Shown one piece after another: positions 33,733 through 44,366 of a stretch of DNA of 64,000 nucleotides. Every line of letters starts with the position of its first letter. The first letter of the stretch is position 1. Source of the DNA: a virus (Duplodnaviria; Caudoviricetes); IMG/VR virus record IMGVR_UViG_3300050336_000170, positions 32,001-96,000 of that record; one strand, written 5' to 3'. Below the pieces are notes generated by a model. It was given only the letters and a program-made list of their open reading frames with translations, had not been told where the DNA came from and made no database searches. Made by a program: the position numbers and the translations under genes.

Positions 33733-35727
33733 TTATCTATCTGATCTATCTACCAGAATGTTAACATTGTTTTGTTTTAAATAATCTTTAATATCTTTGA
33801 TTTGCTGATTGTCACATGACCCATACTTGGAACTACGGCAAGTAAATCCGTTTTTAACTTCTACATTCCACAAGATAGTTTCTGGTATGGTATGCCATCC
33901 GCTAGCAACAATAAAACACTTATTGCTATGATAATATGTGTAGTATTGTTTACGCTTGTTTTCGGGCGTGAAGACTGTTTTTACTGCATCATCATATTGA
34001 GCATATTTGCAATTGGTAACGCTGTGCATTTTTACTCTGCTTTCCGTAACCATTCCAAAATCACTAATGCAAAATATAGTTATTTTGTCACCGTCTTTTA
34101 TATTGGCTTCTGTGAATTGTTCTTGTACTCCGTTGATGTGTTCAATAAATCCATATAAATATTGCTTTAGTTCTTCAATTTCTGTTTGTTGTATAATGCC
34201 TTTTGTTAGTGTTATATTGTTTTCTTTTAATTGCTGTTTAAGTGCTGTTTTATAAACATCGCTTGTCTGCCAATCTGTTATTAATTCATTTTTATAGATA
34301 ATCTCTGTACTGATATCCTCAATCCCAGATGCAACAATTTTATCTCGTGCTATTGCTTCAGCTTCTTCTGTGCTAATGCCATAACTTGAATTGTTATAAG
34401 TGTTTGCATTTTCTTCACGTTCTGCCGTATCTGTTAAACCTACATAACGTGCATAATTAAATCCCTGTGGATCAATAACAAATTGAAGTTGATTATTAAA
34501 ATACACAGCTAATCCTGTGAGATTCCATTTTACAGTTTCTTTTTCTTTCTTGCTCATATTACTATAATCCGTCATGCTGTTACATCTTGGATCATCTGTA
34601 TAACTTCCACCAGTACCGCCGATAAAATCAAAATCATGTGAAAGCATATTTTTATATAGTTCTAAAGCTTCAAATGTTTTAAAGTTTACTTCTCTAGTTA
34701 TTTTGATATCCTGATAATTAAATCCGTCTTCGTTTTCTCCTTTTTCTACTTCCTCAATATACTCGTCAATTGTATTGTTTTTGTTAAGGTGTGCAAACTT
34801 ACAGCCAATAAGCATATATTGATCATTTTCCATCAGGTCAACAAAGGAAACATTATTAATAATAATTTCTATTTGCTTTTCTTCCTGTTCTGCAATTCGC
34901 TTGTTTTCTTCTTTTTCAATTTCACGCTGTTTAATTGCTTCTTCAACTTCAATTTTGCGCTGTTCTTCATCCTGCTGTTCTTTGATTTCTAACGCTTTGC
35001 GGAATTCTTCAATAATAGTTTTGTGCTCTTCTGTCTGTTCTATCTGCTCATAATCATACGATGATATATCAACATGCGTATAAATATTATAACTGCTGCC
35101 ATAGTCACCATAAGGATCATAACAAGTGCAATGTTTAAAACTGTTTAAATACTTTTTACAATAGTCAATAATTGCTGTTAATTCTTTGTCGTTTTCTTTA
35201 ACCATTCTGTTATATTCGTATCTGTCCATATTTTCATATTTAGAATCATAGCTAGTATGATTATATGGACTTGATTTTAACTCAATAGAAACACTATCAT
35301 AATTTGAGCATGTAATACTAAATTTACATTCAGGAAAACGCTGTCTAATATGCTGTCTAACAACCTTTGTTATCTCTTTACCGCCATAACCATATGACGG
35401 ATTATAATTATTTACATCATCTGCAATCTGCACACGATCAAACAACGGCAAAAGATTATTGTTATTGCCTGTTTTTCGCTGTTCTGTTTTAACTTCCTGT
35501 GTTGCTTTTTCGGTTTTGTGTTCCTGCTCAATATCTTTTATATCTTGTGCGGTTAGCTGCTTTGCAAGTGTAATTGTTTTGTCGTTCTGCCTTGCATACC
35601 ATACCTTTTTTACATTGTGCCAACGAAAACCGCATTCTTTCAAGTTATTGAGAATATCGCTGGATGGCTTCTTTTCAAAAGACAATTCAACGCCGTTTAA
35701 TTTCTCATTGATTATCATAGTACACAT
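33733..35727 (-). CDS. Polyvalent-type protein with LPD29-like domain
   Basis: NGVELSFEKKP...GFRWH..KKVWYA N-terminus; VRQHIRQRFPECKFSI motif. Confidence 0.6.
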   Translation of the reverse strand: MCTMIINEKLNGVELSFEKKPSSDILNNLKECGFRWHNVKKVWYARQNDKTITLAKQLTAQDIKDIEQEHKTEKATQEVKTEQRKTGNNNNLLPLFDRVQIADDVNNYNPSYGYGGKEITKVVRQHIRQRFPECKFSITCSNYDSVSIELKSSPYNHTSYDSKYENMDRYEYNRMVKENDKELTAIIDYCKKYLNSFKHCTCYDPYGDYGSSYNIYTHVDISSYDYEQIEQTEEHKTIIEEFRKALEIKEQQDEEQRKIEVEEAIKQREIEKEENKRIAEQEEKQIEIIINNVSFVDLMENDQYMLIGCKFAHLNKNNTIDEYIEEVEKGENEDGFNYQDIKITREVNFKTFEALELYKNMLSHDFDFIGGTGGSYTDDPRCNSMTDYSNMSKKEKETVKWNLTGLAVYFNNQLQFVIDPQGFNYARYVGLTDTAEREENANTYNNSSYGISTEEAEAIARDKIVASGIEDISTEIIYKNELITDWQTSDVYKTALKQQLKENNITLTKGIIQQTEIEELKQYLYGFIEHINGVQEQFTEANIKDGDKITIFCISDFGMVTESRVKMHSVTNCKYAQYDDAVKTVFTPENKRKQYYTYYHSNKCFIVASGWHTIPETILWNVEVKNGFTCRSSKYGSCDNQQIKDIKDYLKQNNVNILVDRSDR

Positions 35728-36282
35728 AGCAAAATTCTCCTTTTATTATGTATTAATTTATTTTAATTTGTTTTAAACACATTACAACATACCAGAATTG
35801 ATATATTGTAAACTGTCTAAAAGACAGTTAGATTTTTATCTTATATTTTCTCTTAAAATCATTTGTACTTCGTTAATTCCTTTAGTCCCCCAAATTGAAC
35901 ACATAAAATATACATTATCTAAATTATTCAATTCAAAGGAAATTTTTTGTTTGTCTCCTGATGCTTTGGCATATCTATAGTCCCTTAACGCATTTTGAAT
36001 AACTTGTTCTCTATCTTTGTTTGTCATGTTATTAACCTCCTAAAAATCAAGATAAATATCTGTTTTTATCGGTTTATCTTTTCTTTTCAATTACAATATC
36101 AAACCTATCCTCACCGAAGAAAAGAGTTAATCCACATTTTCCATCTTCTGTATGCCAATCGACATAATTTTCACCAAGAACAGGCACAGCAATAAACTTA
36201 TTGATAATGTCTTTTCTTAATTCGTTTTCGTTATACATTGGATACTTCATTTTATATCACTCCTATATAATATATTTTATCT

Positions 36283-36352
36283 GCTACCTCTCCCCGCTAT
36301 TGCAGGGAGAACGCTACAGGGCCTAAAGCGGTTTATACTCGCCCTGACGAGT
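36283..36352 (-). ncRNA. Pistol self-cleaving ribozyme
   Basis: ACUCG[UCAGGG]CGAGU-AUAAAC-C-GCU-UUAG-GCCCUG-UAGCG-UUCUCCCUGC[AAUA]GCGGGGAGAG-G/U-AGC matches pistol P1, pseudoknot, P2, P3 and the GU cleavage site. Confidence 0.85.
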
Positions 36353-36359
36353 TATTTTT

Positions 36360-37421
36360 TTATGCGCTCAATTGCTCCTGTGATTTAAAATATTTGTTAT
36401 AATCGCTCTGTATAGCCTCTAGTCTTGTTCTAACTGCTTCAGCCTTTGCGCTTCCTGATCCGATTGCATCATTGTATTTGTCGTTATTTGTTGCGCTTCT
36501 CTTGCCATTGTAAAAACTCATTAACCATTCTGCAAATGCACTCAATGAAACATTGTCAGTAAATGACTGTAATGTTATCGGAACAATAGAAACAAGATTA
36601 GTCCTTGTAAAAATATGCTTTGCTGTTTTCCTCAGTGCCTTCTGTTTATCTTTGTCTTCCTCTTCCTGTTCTGATAATTTCATGATATACAAATGAGCAT
36701 CAGCAATTCGTGTAAATGCACTGTCAATCTCATCTGCCTGTTCTGCTGTGATTTCTGCTGTTTCTATCAATGGGCGAATTTCTTTTGTTTCAAATGATAC
36801 ATTTGGTATGTTCTGAATTGCCCATGCTTTAATTACAATGTCTTCATTCGTATACTTTGTTAATGCCTTCTCGCTTACTGCTTCGCTGAATATCGGATGT
36901 TTACCAAGTTGCTTGATTGTATCAATGCTTTTTGCCTTGACTCTAGTTAACTCAATAGCTGTTAACGGTTTGCCATTGTTCAACCTAAAGAACATTTCTG
37001 TTATTTCTTCTTCTGTAATGCAGGATTCAAACCAGTAAAAAGTTAAATTATAATCTCTGATTTTGTCTTGAATTTCTTCTGATAGTTGATCAAAAAACAT
37101 CTCACCAATATTATCCACATAACCATTATCAAGCGTGATTTCTGGCGTTTCTTCATGCAATGCATATTCGTTATTTAGGAATCCTTTAATTGCTTCTGAT
37201 CTTTGCTTACCCTCAATGCAATCATAATTGCCGTTATCGGTCTTAACTGCATAAATCGGCGGTACTGGATAATCAGCGATTAGACTATGAATCAACAGAG
37301 ATTTTCTTTTATTGTCCCATACCAAACCGCGCTGAATTGCATTATCAAATGTCACAGTGCCATTCGTCACCATTTTAGAATATTGTTTTACAGTGTAGTT
37401 ATTCGGATGCTTTTTGATCAT
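36360..37421 (-). CDS. DUF262 (ParB/Srx-fold) protein
   Basis: IQRGLVW, EGKQR, FFRLNNGKPL motifs. Confidence 0.8.
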   Translation of the reverse strand: MIKKHPNNYTVKQYSKMVTNGTVTFDNAIQRGLVWDNKRKSLLIHSLIADYPVPPIYAVKTDNGNYDCIEGKQRSEAIKGFLNNEYALHEETPEITLDNGYVDNIGEMFFDQLSEEIQDKIRDYNLTFYWFESCITEEEITEMFFRLNNGKPLTAIELTRVKAKSIDTIKQLGKHPIFSEAVSEKALTKYTNEDIVIKAWAIQNIPNVSFETKEIRPLIETAEITAEQADEIDSAFTRIADAHLYIMKLSEQEEEDKDKQKALRKTAKHIFTRTNLVSIVPITLQSFTDNVSLSAFAEWLMSFYNGKRSATNNDKYNDAIGSGSAKAEAVRTRLEAIQSDYNKYFKSQEQLSA

Positions 37422-39241
37422 TTGTAAACACTCCTTTTCATTACATTATTTTATTTGATTTGATTATTAGTGCCGTTTGAAATTATAACTCTTGATCCGC
37501 TTGTTTCGCAGATATGCGTTATATGCCATATAAACGATAAATCTAAACAATATCAAGCATATAAGCACAAACCCAACTTGAAAAAGTACCTCTAAAAATA
37601 CTAGAAACATAATTTTGTATCCTTCTTTCATTAGTATAACACTGTTTACGAGTTTTACAATATGCTTTTGCTTTAAATAATTAACATATTTTAGACTTTA
37701 ATGTTGTGCAATTCAACCGTTTGACTGATTCAATATAAATATAGTCCAGCATGTTTTCAGCTTCGTCTGCCGTGTATCCTTGCATCATCAGATAGTATTT
37801 AGCATATTCCCTTGGAGTTAATTCCAGATTGACGTTACCGCCGAAATAAGTTGTTTTCATGATTTTATATCTCACTTTCATATTAATATAATTTTTGTTT
37901 TTTGGATGCTGTTTGTTCTGTTTGCTGTTTGTATTATATTATATGATTATGTTTTGTTGTATGTTACTTTTATTTAATGTATATGTTATTTTTCTTTTCG
38001 TCCAAAGCTTAAATTAATTGTATTCATATAAGTATCAATTACCGCATGATAACAATAATATTTATTGCCTTCTTCAATGATATATAAATCTCTAAGTGCT
38101 ATATTGTATATATCGGTCTTATCTGATTTTATATCGTTGTTTGTGTTTAGTATATGGGTAATTACGGTTACTGTTTTGGAATGCCCTGTGTTTATTTCAC
38201 GCTGGATATTATCAGATAGATTTACTTTTATCATGTTATTACACTCCTATGTTATTTATTTTGATTTGATTATTACTACTTAATACGCTTTACAATGTAT
38301 TATAGTTGATATGATATAACACATTGTAAAAGGCATTAAGCCTTTTATGTTAAAAAATAATCTTCGTCATGTTTATACCTTCTTTCAATCAAGACAAAAT
38401 CACCGTTTTATAGTGCTAAGCCTTCAAATATTCGCCATCTTCGATATAATCCGCTTTAATGTCTTTTAGTTCATCGATTTTATTTTTCAATTCAGATATT
38501 GATACATTTATCATAATAGGCCGGATAAACTTTTTAATTAAATCATCTCTGTGTTTACATGATTCTTCATTATCGCCCCACATATAATGCATAATTTGAT
38601 CGTCTGACATGTTTGATATTTCATTGTTTAATGCCTTTATTACCTTATTTTTGTCACGTTCTGTTAGTGTTGAATTCGCCCATACATCATCGAATATATG
38701 GTTCTCTTCTGTTATTTCATATATCGCTTCACGGATCATATTATTATCAATAAACCAATTTTCGTTATATTTTTCAGGCGATATCATTTCAATATTTGGA
38801 TACTTTTGCTTGAATTCTTCGGCATATTCTTTACTTATAAAGAAATAACCTAATTCAATATACTCATGGTTGTTGTACTCTTCAAGTAGCTTATCTCCGT
38901 ATTCAGTAATAATGTTTGTGTCCTCTATAAAATCTTTTCTGTTAATTTCCTTATGAAAATCATAAATAAAAGTTTTGTTTACTAAAAGATTTGACATTGT
39001 AAAAACTCCTTCAATCAAATTTTGTTACTGTTTTGTAATGCAACCAATACACGGTTTTATTGTGCGGATTTTAATTTTACTTCTAAAGCTTTTATTTGTT
39101 TATTATAATTATCTATCTTATTTTTATCTGTTTCTGTTTTTATTTTCTCTTTATAATACTCGATTGCTACACTTAAGAATTCTTTATCAACATATTTATA
39201 CATCTTAATTTTACTCCTTTAATCAAGATAAAACTAATATT

Positions 39242-39595
39242 TCATATGGATTCTATTACTTTTTCTTTCAATATTTGATATCTGCGAATTGTGTCTTTTT
39301 CTTTTGTTCTATTAATCTTAAACGCTTTTGAATAATTAGGAATATTGGGTAAATATTGTTCTTTGGTTAAATCAATTATTTCACCATTAACAACATTATA
39401 GTTATGATGTTCATGTTTAATCCTGTATATATCTCCTCCAAAGAAGTCTTGAACAATCATAGCTGTTATCATACAGTGACCATATGTCGGATTGTCTTTA
39501 CTCCAGTTAGCTTGATAGTTTTTATGTGCTGTTTGTGCGCTGTATGCTTGCCTTAACTTATTATCAAGTTCTTCTATAGTCATAGGCATTACCAT
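39242..39595 (-). CDS. YunG-like protein
   Basis: WSKDNPTYGHCMITAMIVQDFFGG...HNYN...DLTKEQ. Confidence 0.6.
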   Translation of the reverse strand: MVMPMTIEELDNKLRQAYSAQTAHKNYQANWSKDNPTYGHCMITAMIVQDFFGGDIYRIKHEHHNYNVVNGEIIDLTKEQYLPNIPNYSKAFKINRTKEKDTIRRYQILKEKVIESI

Positions 39596-41533
39596 TTTCT
39601 TGTATTCTGTTTTGCTTCGCGTTCTGCTTTTTTCTTATCCTCATATGCTTGTTCTGATTTTGTTAACTTCATTTCTAAAGGTACAATGATCATAGATGAT
39701 ATATTGTTTTCACATTCTTTAATTTTGTCCGCTAATTGTTCAGCCGTGTAAAGTTTTGCTAAATATATTTTACTGTCTCTTAACGCAAGTTTATAATTGT
39801 TAATCCATTCTTGTGTATCTCTTACATATGACTTCTTTTTCTTTTCTGCCGCTCCGTATGTTTCGTGACAGGAAACACAACTGTCACCATACATAAAAGC
39901 ATATCTGTAAACATGACTTGTGCTAGTTCTGATTTGTTTTCCGTTATAGAAAAATTTCATATTATATTACCTCACATTAATGTTATTATTGCTCATACTC
40001 AAAACAAATTGACTTTGTTTCAAGTATCGGCAATAATCTGCCGATATTTTGTTATTTGTTTTTATCTTCCCAAAACGGAGTATACGCAAAAGGAATGTCA
40101 TACCACAAAACATGATCAATATTATCCTTGAATGTTTTTACATTCTGCTTAAATTCGTATTCATTGACAAGTTTATCGGAAATTGAATTTTTACGTAAAT
40201 ATAAATCGCTCTGCCAATTTGAAATATCTGATTCTTGCATTAGTTCTTTAGCTAATCCGTAAATATCCTTTTTTGATTCTTTGATGTGATTATCCATGTT
40301 GTTATTCATTTTGTTTTACTCCTTATTAATAGAATAGTCCATTGCCATATCATGAAAAATATGCCCGTTATCGTCTTTAAGTTTTAACCATATAAAACCA
40401 TGTTCATAATATGAATTGAGAACAATATATTTTTTGTCTTGCTTGTAAACTATTTCCTCCATTTAATTACTCCATTCTTAAATTATTGTGGACAAAATTA
40501 CCATTTGATTAAGCATTTACATATTGATTATTATCAATTTTTTCTCTGTGCTTTTCAAGTCTAACAGAGCCTTGTATATTGTCTCTGTATTCTTTATAAC
40601 TTCTTTTTGCGTCTTTCAATGTGTATTCGCTGTTTTCACATTCCCATCTATAGCCGTAATTAGTCATGATATCCCATCTGTCTATTGTTTTACGTTTATA
40701 TGTTGCTATTGTTATAACCTCCATTAATAAATATTATAGTCTGCCCTTTCTGCTAACCATTCTTTAAAGTCATAAAAATCGCCTATTGGATTAGAATGCA
40801 TACCATTTTTTGAGGATTGTTCAATAATCATGTTATGCGCTCCAACGTCAGAAGCTATATATTTAATGGCTTTATATTGTTCCTTTGTTGGCAGCTTGTA
40901 AAATTCAATACAATTTGACTCAGGCATAACTCTAATGTTGCCACGCTTCATAAATTTAACCATTTGTTTAGTTGTTACTGCATATTCTGAAGGATCATAT
41001 TTAAAGAATTGACAAACATTTCTATGATCCTGCGTCCTTCCCATGCCTCTACCTTCTGAATAATCTAATAATTGACCGTCGGGCAGAATATAACCAGCAT
41101 CATAAAAACTATCTGTTATACCGTATTCTTTAATTGCTTTTTCTTCGATAGTCATTATATTAACCTTCTTTCATTATAATTTAATTCAATTTAGTATTCA
41201 TCAATGCATACAATACCGATTGTTTTGATTAGCTATTGTTTACAATGGATTGTATGCATTAGTTTAGACTAAATTAGTTGTTATTTATTTCTCTATAACA
41301 TTATCAATGATATAAACATCATGTCTATAACAGTCTCTAAAATCGCTTTTAGCTCCATTTTCTGTTAATGCAGTAAAAGTATCATGTCCCTTTGTTCCGT
41401 TACTACGTGTAAAATAAACGATATAATCTTTTAACATTGTTATTCACTCCTATAAAATGTTTATTTGGTGGGTTTAGATTGTTTTAATGCTCATTACTGC
41501 ACACGATTGTAAAATCATATCAGTTTATCAACA

Positions 41534-42784
41534 TTAAAATACTTTACAGCGCGTTAGCTCCGTTTGCTTTTCGCCATTGTATTCTTTATGCTCTTTGATA
41601 GTTCCCTTGATATTAGTGAATGATTCGATTGCAGGATATTCGCCCTTGCTATTTTCAACATGACTTTTATTTGTACGCCACACATACACAGCACCGTTAG
41701 AATCAATTATTTTGAATATATGAGTTATTCCGTATTGCGTTTCATAGTGTGCGATATGCGTAATTGTAACGGCTTGTAATGATATCTTATCGCCTACTTT
41801 GCCAACATAATTACTTTTAGGTTGATTTGCTTTTTCTGCTTCTCTTGCTATTCTATCAGCTTCTTTTTCCATTGCTTTGAAGTATGCTGAAGGAAGACTA
41901 ACCAAAATACCAATGTCACGCCATTCGCAATATTGATTGCTTACAGATACTTTTAGATTATTCAAGTATTGATTGTCTGCACTTTGACTTTTTGCCCATT
42001 CAACCATTGTATTGACTTCTGCTTTGTTTTTGTCGTTGTCTATGGTTTTTAGGTTAATCCCGTATTTCTGAATTTTTTCATGTGCAAGTTGAGAATCAGG
42101 ATTGAACATTAGTTCTTTTACAATTTCACTTGTTGGCATTGTATAAAGCTCTTCGGCTTTGCTCTTTGAAACAAATCCAGCCTTTTTGACTACTTCATTA
42201 GCCATTAACAAAACGTCTAATACGTCAATGTAATGCCGTGTAAAGCCTCCTAAACTTTCATGATCATTTAATTCAGCGATTGTATTAAAGTAGCTTGCAA
42301 AGCTTGCAGCCATTTCAGCGGATAAACCGCTAGTGTAATCTTGCAAGCATGATTTACCTACTTGCTTTATCTCATTGGTAACGGTATTAAGAATAAGATA
42401 AGAATCTTTACGATATCTGTCAATATTGCAATGATCACAATGAGCGGAAACGGTTTTATACTTATCAGGTATTGCAATTTCAGAATATGAGCGAATAATG
42501 TTTCCTGCTTCGGTATGCTCAATGGTAGCAAGAAATCGCCAGTTATTAATGATTGCTTTTCCTTCAACTTCGATGATAACAAAACGTTCTAATTTTTCAA
42601 AAGTCTTTGCAAGTTGTCTTTGACCGTATGCACCTTCAATTTCTTTGTAGTGCTGAAGGTTTTTAAACTCTTCGCCTACTTCGGCATATGAGAAGGTGCA
42701 GCCGTATTTATTGCACTTGTTTTCGATACGGTGAAGCTTTTCTATTAACTTCGGTAAATTGTCTTCATGAATTGAGTATTGCAT
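41534..42784 (-). CDS. Phage protein with Zn site and probable C-terminal OB-fold
   Basis: CDHC...QVGKSC; YVGKVGDK...IKGTIKEHKEY..EKQTELTRC. Confidence 0.65.
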   Translation of the reverse strand: MQYSIHEDNLPKLIEKLHRIENKCNKYGCTFSYAEVGEEFKNLQHYKEIEGAYGQRQLAKTFEKLERFVIIEVEGKAIINNWRFLATIEHTEAGNIIRSYSEIAIPDKYKTVSAHCDHCNIDRYRKDSYLILNTVTNEIKQVGKSCLQDYTSGLSAEMAASFASYFNTIAELNDHESLGGFTRHYIDVLDVLLMANEVVKKAGFVSKSKAEELYTMPTSEIVKELMFNPDSQLAHEKIQKYGINLKTIDNDKNKAEVNTMVEWAKSQSADNQYLNNLKVSVSNQYCEWRDIGILVSLPSAYFKAMEKEADRIAREAEKANQPKSNYVGKVGDKISLQAVTITHIAHYETQYGITHIFKIIDSNGAVYVWRTNKSHVENSKGEYPAIESFTNIKGTIKEHKEYNGEKQTELTRCKVF

Positions 42785-43517
42785 AATACAACCTCCATTT
42801 ATAATAGTATAGTGTGATTAATTACTAAAGTCAAAGCACAAAACACGGTTAAATGTCTTGTGCTTATCTTTTAAGAGTTAATCTAATTTTAATTGCTTTG
42901 ATACTGCTGATTGATAATGTCCGTCTTCCGTATCGTTCAATGTGGTATTACTGCCTTAAATAGCTAGATAGCACACTGTCAACGGATATCTGGTCATAGC
43001 TGATTCTCCATGCATCAGGCCATAAGCCAAACATTAAGATGCATAGTCAGTGCTAACACTGGCAGTCAGATAACGCGCATAGACTCGTCACACGCGCTAT
43101 GCTTGGAGCATATCTAGGACAATTCCTAGCAATGGCAAGACATAGAGAAAATATCAATTGTCAATACTATAATACGCTTATCAAGGTCATTTTGCAATAG
43201 TATTTACTTTATTTAAGTTATATATTAGTATGGTAATATGACTGAATAATAGCTGTATTATATATGTATATTGACAGTATACAATGAGTAATTAAAGCTA
43301 ATGTGTGAATGGGTTGATGTGAGGATGATTGATTGTAGGATGATGACAGAATTGATTTTAAGGCGTCTAGAAGGCCGTGAGAGCGATTATTTTTACATGG
43401 TAGTATTATCACTCATGGATTAATTAAACTTAATGTAGAGAGAAAGTGAGTGAATCAGTGTGATGCAAATATGGGATTAATGATTAGAGGACAGATGAAG
43501 GACGGAGCATAGAATCA

Positions 43518-43619
43518 ATCGATAAACTTTTTAGATTTTTTATCGATATAATTTTATATATCTTTATCGATATAGTTTCTGAATTTTATATCGATACATT
43601 CTGTAGTTTTTATATCGAT
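43518..43619. repeat. Five ATCGAT palindromes at exact 24-bp spacing
   Basis: ATCGAT at 43518, 43542, 43566, 43590, 43614. Confidence 0.9.
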
Positions 43620-44294
43620 ATATCTTTACTGATTATATTATCAAAACAGCGGATCAAGCGAACGCATATAGTTGTAACTTGCAACTATTTTAAATTGCAA
43701 CTAATAATCAATAATCAGGCCGACAATATACCGATAAAATCATCATTTCATGTCTACTATAGCAGTATGAATAGTATAAAACCATTGCAATTACTGGACT
43801 AATCGGCTTAAATGTCCGATACCTATAAAACACGACATTTCTAAATCCTTGCAAATACAAGGTTTTTTCGTGGTATGGGGGCATAGTTTACATTTTTTGA
43901 TCCTTCATTTTCGGCTGGATATCCCCTAGTACATCCAGTCCTAAGACAGCAATATTTCCATCGAGCGAATCGACTATAAACCAATAATCCAATCACCTAA
44001 CCACCCACCAAATACCCAAAACAATTCGGTACAAACTTCGATAAAACTCCCTAACCTCAACACTATTAACCAGATCACAAACCAACTAAATTTATAAGTA
44101 ACAATAAATTACAAACATCACAATCAATTAGAATCATTGAAAATACTATATTTTTACCGATAATGACCTATATTACACAAAACACAAACAAAATAAATAC
44201 ATTCAACAAATCCAATAAACAACCAAGATAACCGCTATCCACTATCTACCCACTATCTATTCATAAATTATTTAAAATTATTTCTCTATACCTA

Positions 44295-44323
44295 TTGACA
44301 TTAGTGGTAATATTTGATACAAT
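44295..44323 (+). promoter_or_regulatory. Sigma-A promoter of the recombinase gene
   Basis: TTGACA-17 bp-TACAAT. Confidence 0.7.
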
Positions 44324-44366
44324 GAGATTGTAAAGAAATGCAATTATCGAAAGGAGCAACAAAACA

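Larger units (their letters stand above)
111..43751. repeat. Dispersed 18-bp dyad AYNAAA-N6-TTTNRT at gene junctions (~40 copies)
   Basis: Starts read by eye. Strict matches: 1941, 3606, 4328, 4858, 5081, 6976, 8711, 10721, 17405, 17921, 19792, 24342, 24999, 26753, 27286, 27461, 27878, 28385, 31828, 38394, 39228, 40492, 41452, 43734. Near matches (1-2 mismatches): 111, 3194, 5988, 6430, 7256, 9136, 9547, 9811, 10467, 17684, 18213, 23123, 23378, 27074, 36052, 39043. Core length is 6 bp in all listed copies. Confidence 0.85.

Noticed and set aside
11631-37460. Identical 16-mer ATTATTTTATTTGATT at 11631 and 37445 as a repressor operator
   Set aside because: Extremely AT-rich and only two exact copies seen; cannot be distinguished from background by eye.
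5192-40727. Many plus-strand ORFs in the track (e.g. 5192, 13014, 23992, 30036, 35459)
   Set aside because: Antisense shadows of minus-strand genes with no SD and unnatural composition; only 7907..8191 has promoter, SD and terminator support.
43518-43619. CRISPR array
   Set aside because: Conserved core is only ~6-10 bp with a 24-bp period; no cas genes.
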